Positions 35,314-43,295 of a stretch of DNA of 56,275 bases are shown here, in pieces. The position numbers and the translations under genes are program-made. The notes below the pieces were generated by a model. It was not told the origin of the DNA and did not search any database. It worked only from the letters and a program-made list of their open reading frames with translations. Positions within the stretch are counted from its first letter, which is position 1. Every line of letters begins with the position of its first letter. This stretch comes from Patescibacteria group bacterium (GTDB taxonomy: Bacteria > Patescibacteriota > Minisyncoccia > Minisyncoccales > Staskawiczbacteraceae), in NCBI GenBank assembly GCA_038065715.1, contig JBBTQL010000002.1:1-56275 (forward strand). Reading direction: 5' to 3'.

Positions 35314-36042
35314 ATGAAAGAAAGAATAAAAAGATTTCTTGAGCTTGTGGCTATAACTCTGGTTATTTATCCTTTTGGGGTTATTTTAACTGCCGCGTTT
35401 TTACTGCTGCGACGGTTAAAATACATAAAGGTTTTGCACTGGGAAAGATTTCCTCACTTTAAGGAAAAAATAATCTTAGTGGCAAATCATCCCTCTATGT
35501 TAGACCCATTTTTAGCGGTGGCATTGTTTTTCAAGGGGTATTTGTTAAACCCTTTGAAATACGGCCCATTAGTTGTTTCAGACAAAAAAAACTTTTGGGA
35601 CTCTTGGTATTGGTTTTGGTTAAGGCCGTTTTTAATTCCAGTTGATCGGGGAAATAAACGGGACGAGGCTGTGTCTTTTTTGCGAATAAAAAAAGCCCTT
35701 GAAGCAGGAAGAGTAATTATTATTTTCCCAGAGGGCGGAAGAACTTTCTGCGGAGATAGATTTTTACACAGCGAGTCTGGCAAAAAGATAAGGACTTTAA
35801 AGGGTGGAGTTGCTCTTTTAGTTCGTAAAACCAACGCATCAGTAGTTCCTGTTTGGTTTGAAGGAACTGATAAAGTTTTACCGAACTCAAGAACAAAGCT
35901 ATTTACGAAATTTAGATTTAGAAAAAAAACACTCATACTTATAAAAATTGGGGAATCACTCCGCTTTCAAACAGAAGAAAGAGAAGAAATTACCCAAGTT
36001 ATTGCCAGTGCCCTCCTATATTTAGCAGACGAACCTTTCTAA
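35314..36042 (+). CDS. plsC: 1-acyl-sn-glycerol-3-phosphate acyltransferase-family protein
   Basis: NHPSMLD (HxxxxD) and FPEGGRT motifs. Strong SD AAGGAGG. Confidence 0.8.
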   Translation: MKERIKRFLELVAITLVIYPFGVILTAAFLLLRRLKYIKVLHWERFPHFKEKIILVANHPSMLDPFLAVALFFKGYLLNPLKYGPLVVSDKKNFWDSWYWFWLRPFLIPVDRGNKRDEAVSFLRIKKALEAGRVIIIFPEGGRTFCGDRFLHSESGKKIRTLKGGVALLVRKTNASVVPVWFEGTDKVLPNSRTKLFTKFRFRKKTLILIKIGESLRFQTEEREEITQVIASALLYLADEPF

Positions 36043-36046
36043 CCCC

Positions 36047-36078
36047 ATCCGCAGCAAAAAAACTGCGGATATTTTTTT
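36047..36078 (+). terminator. Intrinsic terminator
   Basis: ATCCGCAG ... CTGCGGAT hairpin followed by a T-run. Confidence 0.8.
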
Positions 36079-36090
36079 ACTGCGCCAGAC

Positions 36091-36119
36091 TTGACAATGG
36101 TATTTTTATACTATATAAT
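36091..36119 (+). promoter_or_regulatory. Consensus sigma70-type promoter
   Basis: TTGACA (36091-36096), a 17-nt spacer, TATAAT (36114-36119). Confidence 0.7.
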
Positions 36120-36189
36120 AAAATATTATTGAGGTTTCTCAATAGTCCCCGCGCTAAGGGTTTTAGCGCTGTTCTTTAAGGAGAAGGCA

Positions 36190-36270
36190 ATGGTTGTGGC
36201 AAGAATTTTGGGCTGGCTATTCGTGCTTTATTGCGCGATGAAGGCGGTCTCTACCTTTTTCCAAGGGTAA
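36190..36270 (+). CDS. 26-aa hydrophobic peptide MVVARILGWLFVLYCAMKAVSTFFQG
   Basis: SD AAGGAG lies 6 nt upstream. It has its own consensus promoter, a two-hairpin leader and a terminator. Hand-translated; not in the ORF track. Confidence 0.5.
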   Translation: MVVARILGWLFVLYCAMKAVSTFFQG

Positions 36271-36303
36271 CCGTTGAGCAGAAACCCACACAAATCGCCG
36301 CCA

Positions 36304-36336
36304 GCCAGAGTATTGACCCTACTTTGGCTTTTTTTT
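36304..36336 (+). terminator. Intrinsic terminator
   Basis: GCCAGA ... TTTGGC hairpin followed by T8. Confidence 0.6.
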
Positions 36337-36384
36337 ATAAAAACTTGATACTTAGCGTTAATTATTTTATACTATAAAATAATA

Positions 36385-36455
36385 GGGCCCATAGTAAATT
36401 GGCATTACGCGTCCATGGCATGGATGAGGGCCGGGTTCGATTCCCGGTGGGTCCA
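36385..36455 (+). tRNA. trnA: tRNA-Ala (anticodon GGC)
   Basis: Acceptor GGGCCCA/TGGGTCC with G3:U70, anticodon arm CGTCC-ATGGCAT-GGATG, T arm GCCGG-GTTCGATT-CCCGG. Confidence 0.9.
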
Positions 36456-36564
36456 CAAACTAAAAAGTGCCAAGCGAACTCAGCCTTAATCTTCTATTCC
36501 TAAATAACAATTGAAACTTTCCTTATATTGCTTTGCAGAACATTCTTTGGTATAAAGATTAAAT

Positions 36565-37782
36565 ATGCTTATTTCTAAAAAGAAAATAGTTTTTTTATTT
36601 ATAGGGTTAGTGATATTGCTTGCAGGTGTTTTTACTGCTGGAATTTTTGTCGGTAAAAATCAAGTTGTATGCAAAGTTTGCGCGCCGGAAAAGCTTGACT
36701 TTTCTCTTTTTTGGGACGCTTATTACAAACTTTCCGATAGTTTTATAGACCGCGGAAAAATAGATACGCAAAAAATAATTTACGGCGCGATTGATGGAAT
36801 GGCAAAATCTCTGGGAGATCCCTATACATCGTTTTTTAATCCAGGCCAAGCAAAAATATTTAATCAAAATCTTTCAGGGTCATTTAGCGGCATTGGCGTA
36901 GAAATCGGAATTAAGAAAGACATGCTTACTGTGGTGGCTCCATTGCCAGATACCCCGGGCCAAAAAGCCGGACTAAGAGCAGGGGATATAATTTTAAAAA
37001 TAGACGGCAAAGATGCGTCCAATATGAGTACCGACGAAGCTGTAAGTTTAATAAGAGGCCAAAAAGGCACAAAAGTTACCCTAACAATTTTTAGAGAGGG
37101 TTTAAAAGCTCCAAAGGACATAAGTATAATAAGAGAAACAATAAAAATTCCTTCTGTGAAGTGGGAATTATTCGCCTCGACTGGCGGAGCCGGCGGGAAA
37201 GAGGGCGATATTGCTTATATCCACATTTACCAGTTTGACCAGTCTTTAGAGCCTGATTTCAGAAAATTTGCTGTAAGTATTTTATCAAGCCCTGCTAAAA
37301 AAATTGTTTTAGATTTAAGAAATAATCCCGGCGGGTATCTTGAAGTAGCTCAGGATATTGCAGGCTGGTTTTTACAAAGCGGACAAATTGTGACAATTGA
37401 GGATTTTGGCAAAAATAAAGAACAGATACAATATAAAACAAAAGGAAATTCAACTTTCGCAAATTATCCTATGGTTATTTTAATAAATGGGGGATCTGCA
37501 TCGGCTTCTGAAATTTTAGCAGGGGCATTAAGAGACAATAGAAATATAAAATTAATTGGTGAAAAATCTTTTGGCAAGGGTTCTGTCCAGGAAGTGCAAA
37601 ATTTAAGAGATGGCTCATTTTTAAAAATTACCATTGCAAAATGGCTTACTCCAAAAGGCAGTTTAATTTCAGAAATAGGATTAAGCCCCGATATAAAAGT
37701 AGAAATAACCGATGACAATATTTCGCAAGATAAAGACCCGCAATTAGACAAAGCCCTTGAAATTATTAAAACATTACAGTAA
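36565..37782 (+). CDS. Carboxy-terminal processing peptidase (S41)
   Basis: PDZ segment GIGVEI...PGQKAGLRAGDIILKIDG, catalytic GSASASEI and a downstream GKGSVQ. Confidence 0.9.
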   Translation: MLISKKKIVFLFIGLVILLAGVFTAGIFVGKNQVVCKVCAPEKLDFSLFWDAYYKLSDSFIDRGKIDTQKIIYGAIDGMAKSLGDPYTSFFNPGQAKIFNQNLSGSFSGIGVEIGIKKDMLTVVAPLPDTPGQKAGLRAGDIILKIDGKDASNMSTDEAVSLIRGQKGTKVTLTIFREGLKAPKDISIIRETIKIPSVKWELFASTGGAGGKEGDIAYIHIYQFDQSLEPDFRKFAVSILSSPAKKIVLDLRNNPGGYLEVAQDIAGWFLQSGQIVTIEDFGKNKEQIQYKTKGNSTFANYPMVILINGGSASASEILAGALRDNRNIKLIGEKSFGKGSVQEVQNLRDGSFLKITIAKWLTPKGSLISEIGLSPDIKVEITDDNISQDKDPQLDKALEIIKTLQ

Positions 37783-37833
37783 TATATAAAATAGTAATAG
37801 AAACTAAAAACAAAAAAAACTAAAAACATAAAG

Positions 37834-38283
37834 ATGAAAGTAATTCTTTTACAAGACGTTGAAGGTTTGGGGAAAAAATATGATGTTAAAGAAGTTAAAA
37901 ATGGCCACGCCAGAAATTTTTTGATACCTCAAGGCATTGCAAAAATAGCTACAAAACAGGCTTTAAAATGGCTGGAAACCCAAAAAGAATTAATAGAAAA
38001 AGAAGCAGAAGAAGACTTGCATAGAGCGCAGGAAATGGCTTCAAAATTAGACGATCTGGAAGTTATAGTTGCTTTAAAAGTTGGAGAAGAAGGGCAATTT
38101 TTTGAATCAGTTAACAGCCAAAAAATCTCTGAAAAATTAAAGGAATTAGGCTTTGAAATTAAAAAATCGCAGGTTCTTCTTGAGAATCCTATAAAAGAGC
38201 TCGGAGAATTTCCGGTAAAGATTAGTTTAGACCATAATTTGGAAATTGAAATAAGAGTAATAGTAGTAGAAGAAAAAAAATAA
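37834..38283 (+). CDS. rplI: Ribosomal protein L9
   Basis: MKVILLQDVEGLGKKYDVKEVKNGHARNFLIPQGIA. Confidence 0.93.
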   Translation: MKVILLQDVEGLGKKYDVKEVKNGHARNFLIPQGIAKIATKQALKWLETQKELIEKEAEEDLHRAQEMASKLDDLEVIVALKVGEEGQFFESVNSQKISEKLKELGFEIKKSQVLLENPIKELGEFPVKISLDHNLEIEIRVIVVEEKK

Positions 38284-38291
38284 TAATATTT

Positions 38292-39911
38292 ATGGCTCGT
38301 TATATTTTCGTTGCAGGAGGCGTGATGTCTGGCATTGGCAAAGGCATAGCTACTGCCTCTATTGGAAGAATTTTAAAAAGCAAAGGATTTAAGGTTACAG
38401 CTATAAAGATTGATCCATATATAAATGTGGATGCCGGAACAATGAACCCGATAGAACATGGAGAAGTTTTTGTGACTGATGACGGCATAGAATGCGACCA
38501 GGATGTTGGAAACTACGAAAGATTTTTAGACGAAAATATTTACGCTGACAACTACATAACAACCGGGCGGGTTTACCAAACAGTTATAAATAGGGAAAGA
38601 AATTTAGAATATGGAGGAAGATGCGTTGAAGTGGTGCCTGATATTCCAAATGAAGTAATAGCAACAATTCAAAGAGCCGGAAAAAAAGTTAAGGCAGATT
38701 TTGTTTTAATTGAAATCGGCGGAACAGTTGGCGAATACCAGAATATGCTGTTTTTGGAAGCCGCCAGAATGTTAAAATTACAACATCCAAAAGATGTTCT
38801 TTTTATTTTGGTAAGTTATTTTCCTGTCCCAAAAATGATTGGGGAAATGAAAACAAAGCCGACTCAATATGCAGTTAGAACTTTAAATTCAGCTGGAATA
38901 CAGCCAGATATGATTTTAGCCAGGTCTGTTTTTCCATTAGACGAGCCAAGAAAAAGAAAGGTTTCAAATTTCTGCAATGTGGAAAAAGACGATATAATTT
39001 CTGCCCCGGATGTTAAATCTGTTTACGAGGTCCCGGTTAATTTTGAAAAAGAAAACTTAGGAAACAGAATTTTAAAAAAATTCAGAATAAAAGCCAGGCA
39101 AAGCGATTTGAAAGAATGGGAGCATTTGGTAAAAATGATAAATAATTCGCCAAAACTTATTGAAATAGGAATTGTTGGAAAATATTTTGAAACTGGGAAT
39201 TTTACATTATTAGATTCGTATATTTCAGTTATTGAAGCAGTAAAGCACGCCGCATTTTTCCAAAATAGAAAAGCCAATATTACATGGATATCTTCAGAAA
39301 ATTTTGAAAAAAATCCAAAAACCCTTGAAGAACTAAAAAAATACGACGGAATAATCGTGCCAGGCGGATTTGGCAACAGGGGAGTAGAGGGCAAAATTAA
39401 AGCAATTGAGTATTGCAGGAAAAATAAAATTCCGTTTTTTGGCTTGTGTTTAGGGCTGCAATTGGCTGTAATAGAATTTGCAAGAAATGCTTGCTCGTTA
39501 AAAGACGCCACATCTGCTGAATTTAAAACAAAATCAAAAAACAAAATAATTGACGTAATGCCAGAGCAAAAAACTCTGCTTAAAGAAAAAAAATATGGCG
39601 GAACAATGAGGCTGGGCGCTTATAACTGCAAATTAAAGCCAGAAACCGTTAGCCATAGGGCTTACGGTTTAACAGATATTACTGAAAGGCACAGGCACAG
39701 ATATGAAGTAAATAATGATTATAGAAATTTACTTGAAAAAAACGGAATGATAATGGCAGGGTTGAATCCTGAAAAAAATTTAGTTGAAATTATTGAAATA
39801 AAAAACCATCCATTTTTTGTGGCAACTCAATTTCATCCAGAATTTAAGTCTAGGCCTATAAAACCGCATCCTTTGTTTAGAGAGTTTATAAAAGCTACTA
39901 TAAAGAAATAA
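38292..39911 (+). CDS. pyrG: CTP synthase
   Basis: GGVMSGIGKGI N-terminus, GLCLGLQ glutaminase Cys, HRHRYEVN. Confidence 0.96.
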   Translation: MARYIFVAGGVMSGIGKGIATASIGRILKSKGFKVTAIKIDPYINVDAGTMNPIEHGEVFVTDDGIECDQDVGNYERFLDENIYADNYITTGRVYQTVINRERNLEYGGRCVEVVPDIPNEVIATIQRAGKKVKADFVLIEIGGTVGEYQNMLFLEAARMLKLQHPKDVLFILVSYFPVPKMIGEMKTKPTQYAVRTLNSAGIQPDMILARSVFPLDEPRKRKVSNFCNVEKDDIISAPDVKSVYEVPVNFEKENLGNRILKKFRIKARQSDLKEWEHLVKMINNSPKLIEIGIVGKYFETGNFTLLDSYISVIEAVKHAAFFQNRKANITWISSENFEKNPKTLEELKKYDGIIVPGGFGNRGVEGKIKAIEYCRKNKIPFFGLCLGLQLAVIEFARNACSLKDATSAEFKTKSKNKIIDVMPEQKTLLKEKKYGGTMRLGAYNCKLKPETVSHRAYGLTDITERHRHRYEVNNDYRNLLEKNGMIMAGLNPEKNLVEIIEIKNHPFFVATQFHPEFKSRPIKPHPLFREFIKATIKK

Positions 39912-39917
39912 AAACTT

Positions 39918-40202
39918 TTATTTTTCTGAGGAGATTACGTTTACAATTTTAACAATTCTTTGCGAGCCGTTAAATATTTTTTTCTTTTTAGTGGCAAACT
40001 TGACAACGCCGTTGCAAAGGGCAAATAACGTGTCGTCTGATCCTCTTTTTACATTTTTGCCGGCAAGGAGTTTTGTGCCCCGTTGCCTTACAATAATCAT
40101 TCCTGTTTTTACTTTTTCTCCGGCATAGGCTTTAATGCCCAATCTCTGCGCGGCTGAATCCCTTCCTAATTTAGATGAACCGCCTTGTTTAGTTTTTGAC
40201 AT
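39918..40202 (-). CDS. rpmA: Ribosomal protein L27
   Basis: [12 protein letters not shown]...IIVRQRGTK...DDTLFAL. Confidence 0.93.
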   Translation of the reverse strand: MSKTKQGGSSKLGRDSAAQRLGIKAYAGEKVKTGMIIVRQRGTKLLAGKNVKRGSDDTLFALCNGVVKFATKKKKIFNGSQRIVKIVNVISSEK

Positions 40203-40236
40203 ATGTTTTTACTTTTTATATTTTAGTTAATAATAT

Positions 40237-40431
40237 ATGTTAGCAAAGATATCTGATTTTGTCAAAGCCCATTTTAATGATATAATATTAATTACTATTG
40301 TTTTTTTGCTTATATTATTATCATTTGCAATTGGCTACATAATGGCAAGTTATCAAAATAAAGGAAAAATTGAAATTGAACAGCCAAAAATAAGCATTAA
40401 TATTTTATGGAACACATACCAAAACACATAG
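40237..40431 (+). CDS. Small single-TM hypothetical protein
   Basis: ORF with one TM helix that overlaps the uppS start. Weak evidence. Confidence 0.35.
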   Translation: MLAKISDFVKAHFNDIILITIVFLLILLSFAIGYIMASYQNKGKIEIEQPKISINILWNTYQNT

Positions 40432-41093
40432 TTTTATTTCCCGATGGCAATAGGCGATGGGCAAAACAAAAAGGCATTGTTAGCCTTCAGGGCCATAAAC
40501 AGGGCTATGAAAATCTTTTAGATTTTTCAGAATGGTGCAAAAATAAAGGAGTGAAAGTGCTCACTGCTTTTGGTTTTTCAACAGAAAACTGGAACAGAAC
40601 AAAAGAAGAAGTTGATTATTTAATGAATCTTTTAGAGAAATGCCTAATTGATAACTTGGAAAAATATAATAAAGAAAGCACAAGAGTAAGGGTTATAGGC
40701 CAAAGGGAGCGGCTGCCAGAATCTTTGCAAAAAGCCATAAAAATAACAGAAGAATCAACAGCAAAAAATTCAAATCTTTATTTAAATTTAGCAATAAGCT
40801 ATGGCGGCAAGTGGGATATTTTGCAGGCTGTAAAAAAAATAATTGAAGACAAACTACCTGCTGAAAAAATTGATGAAAAACTGTTTGAAAGTTATTTATC
40901 AACTGCTGGTTTGCCAGCTCCAGATTTTATAATAAGAGCTGGCGGCGAAAAAAGAATGTCAAACTTTGTTTTATGGCAGGCAGCTTATTCAGAATTATAT
41001 TTCTCTCCAAAACTTTGGCCAGATTTTACGGAACAGGATTTAGACGAGGCGCTTGAAGAATTTGACAAACGTTCCCGCCGCTTTGGGAAATAA
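40407..41093 (+). CDS. uppS: Undecaprenyl diphosphate synthase
   Basis: PDGNRRWA, FSTENWNR, IRAGGEKRMSNFVLWQ. Confidence 0.94.
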   Translation: MEHIPKHIVLFPDGNRRWAKQKGIVSLQGHKQGYENLLDFSEWCKNKGVKVLTAFGFSTENWNRTKEEVDYLMNLLEKCLIDNLEKYNKESTRVRVIGQRERLPESLQKAIKITEESTAKNSNLYLNLAISYGGKWDILQAVKKIIEDKLPAEKIDEKLFESYLSTAGLPAPDFIIRAGGEKRMSNFVLWQAAYSELYFSPKLWPDFTEQDLDEALEEFDKRSRRFGK

Positions 41094-41189
41094 CTTTTTA
41101 TTGTGCGACAAATTAATACAGAGGCGCCGAGTAGGGAAGCGAGAGCGCTAAAAAAACAGGGCTAACCCTGTTTTTTAAATTTTTTATTT

Positions 41190-41684
41190 TTAAATTGTTT
41201 TTGCCAGCAGTTGAGCCATTTCTATCCATTTTAATTGTCTTGGTTTGCTTTTATATTTTATTGATGATTTTTGAATTTCTATAAGTGAGAGAAGATCATT
41301 CTTTTTCCAGCTGGCAAAATATTTGCCTTTATTTTTATAAATAATATCAACTGCTTTCCGCCATAATTCAAAATCCTTTTTCTTTTTATCGGCTAATTGA
41401 TTTTTTCTGAAAAATGGCACAACAATGCCGGTAATATCATCTATTTTTTGAACAGAAAATCTTGCTTGGCCTTTATTAACGCCAACCTTGCCGCAGCCAA
41501 AGATTTTTTTAACTTTTTCAAGCGTTTTTATGCTGTCTTTGGGACAAGTAATAACAAACTGAATTTTCCACCTATAATATGTAGGAGAATTTGTTCTTTC
41601 GCGCCTTATATCTTTGCGGAATTGCAAATCAAAACATCCGTCAGAATTTACCAATGATGCAATATTTAAATTTTCTTTTGTCAT
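41190..41684 (-). CDS. Free-standing LAGLIDADG-type homing endonuclease
   Basis: The N-terminal LVNSDGCF segment and overall pattern resemble the intron-encoded enzyme. There is no interrupted host gene around it. Confidence 0.6.
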   Translation of the reverse strand: MTKENLNIASLVNSDGCFDLQFRKDIRRERTNSPTYYRWKIQFVITCPKDSIKTLEKVKKIFGCGKVGVNKGQARFSVQKIDDITGIVVPFFRKNQLADKKKKDFELWRKAVDIIYKNKGKYFASWKKNDLLSLIEIQKSSIKYKSKPRQLKWIEMAQLLAKTI

Positions 41685-41759
41685 ACAATTTTAAATTATT
41701 ACTTAATTTAAAAAACACCTTAATAATATCATGCTTTATATTATGCGACAAGCGTTTTG

Positions 41760-42749
41760 TTACTTTTTAAGGTCTTTGCCGCTGTGGAATTGGCGGTGTA
41801 TGTCGCGCAGGCGTTTATTAGTGACGTGGGTATATATTTGAGTAGTCATTATGCTGCGATGGCCCAAAAACTCCTGAATTGCGCGCAAATCAACACCTTG
41901 GGAAAGCAAATCAGTTGCATAAGAATGCCTTAATGTGTGAGGCGTTGTAAATATCGGAATTCCAGATAAAATTGCATATTTTTTAACGATTCTTTCTATG
42001 GAACGGGCTGTGAGGCGGCTATCTGCGCCCTTTTTTACGCTGGCTGACACAAACAACGGCTTTTCCATATCTTTGCGAGCTTCAAGATATTTTTTAATCC
42101 AACCCAAAGCTCTTTCTGAAAAGTAAACTGTCCTGGGGTTTCCCCCTTTTCCAATTACGCCCAGTTCAAAATCTTTTTTATTTTTTATGTTTGCGAATTG
42201 GTCAATATTAAGAGACACAAGTTCGGCAATTCTCAGCCCGGTAGAAAAAAATGTCTCTAAAATAGCCCTATTTCTTATTCCCGCCTCGTCTTTAGGTTCT
42301 ACGACTGTTAAAAGCTTTTCAACCTGCTCTAAAGTCAGAAATTTAACGGTTTTTACGCTTTTATCTGCCTTAGGAAGCGTTACTTTGCCAGGGGGCAGGG
42401 AAAGTATGTCTTTTGCCACAAAATAGGCTAAAAAGGCTCTTAAAGCGATTAAATAGTAGTTTTGGGTGGTCTTTTTAAGGGTTTTACCGCTTTTTGGGTT
42501 TTGATAGCGGGAAAGGTATAATCGGTAGTCCCAAATATGCTCTGGAGCCAATTGATGGGGAAGCAGGGCATCTAAATTCTTATTTCTCAACCAGCCAAAA
42601 AATTTATTTAAATATTTTTCATAATTATTTTGAGTATTGTTGCGCAATCCTTTTTCTACTTCGCAATAATCCAAAAAATCATTTATGTGTTTTATTAAAG
42701 GAGTGTTTGATTTGTTCATAAATAATTTTGCGCCCAGATTTTGCGACAC
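41760..42749 (-). CDS. xerC: Tyrosine recombinase XerC/XerD family (true start may be the ATG at 42719)
   Basis: Conserved R...HxxR...Y pattern: GLRIAEL, HTLRHSYAT, LGHRSIMTTQIYTHV. Confidence 0.88.
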   Translation of the reverse strand: MSQNLGAKLFMNKSNTPLIKHINDFLDYCEVEKGLRNNTQNNYEKYLNKFFGWLRNKNLDALLPHQLAPEHIWDYRLYLSRYQNPKSGKTLKKTTQNYYLIALRAFLAYFVAKDILSLPPGKVTLPKADKSVKTVKFLTLEQVEKLLTVVEPKDEAGIRNRAILETFFSTGLRIAELVSLNIDQFANIKNKKDFELGVIGKGGNPRTVYFSERALGWIKKYLEARKDMEKPLFVSASVKKGADSRLTARSIERIVKKYAILSGIPIFTTPHTLRHSYATDLLSQGVDLRAIQEFLGHRSIMTTQIYTHVTNKRLRDIHRQFHSGKDLKK

Positions 42750-42834
42750 ACATATATTGTTGTAAAATCTGGGCTTGGTAAACCGTCATTTAGCTTTTAT
42801 AAGCTGAATGACGGTTTACCAACATTTTGCGACA
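42739..42834. repeat. 20-bp-stem palindromic element flanked by a 10-bp direct repeat TTTTGCGACA
   Basis: Arms GGTAAACCGTCATTTAGCTT (42777-42796) and AAGCTGAATGACGGTTTACC (42801-42820) pair with one mismatch. Direct repeats at 42739-42748 and 42825-42834. Confidence 0.85.
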
Positions 42835-42887
42835 TTGTGTATATTCATAATAATCTGCCCCTACAACCATGTCAATACTTAAAAAAC

Positions 42888-43292
42888 TCATTTGGCGGCA
42901 GGACAGCTTTGCGGGCAATTTTGCTGAGATGCATTTTGAGATGCATTTTTAGAAGGATTAAATACGCTATCCACTATTCCAGAAAAATAATTTTTTATTT
43001 TTTCTCCAAAATTTTCTGAAACTTTTTCTTTTTGCAAGGTAAGCTCGTTTTTTATGCCCTCTCCCCTATCTTGAGCCTCAGAGGAGGCTTTAGAATAAAC
43101 ATCGCCTATTTTAGGATATATGTTTGATTTAGCCCAGTTTTCGGCATTTGACCAATATGGCCCGATTTGAGTTACGGCTTTATTATAAAGATCTTTGCTG
43201 GTTTTCTTAAAATATGGCTGTTGGCTCAAAAAAACAGCTGTTAAAATAATAACTACTATTGAAATATTTTTTATAATTACACTTTTTTCCAT
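42888..43292 (-). CDS. Membrane-anchored hypothetical protein
   Basis: N-terminal TM helix followed by a low-complexity C-terminus. Confidence 0.5.
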   Translation of the reverse strand: MEKSVIIKNISIVVIILTAVFLSQQPYFKKTSKDLYNKAVTQIGPYWSNAENWAKSNIYPKIGDVYSKASSEAQDRGEGIKNELTLQKEKVSENFGEKIKNYFSGIVDSVFNPSKNASQNASQQNCPQSCPAAK

Positions 43293-43295
43293 ATT

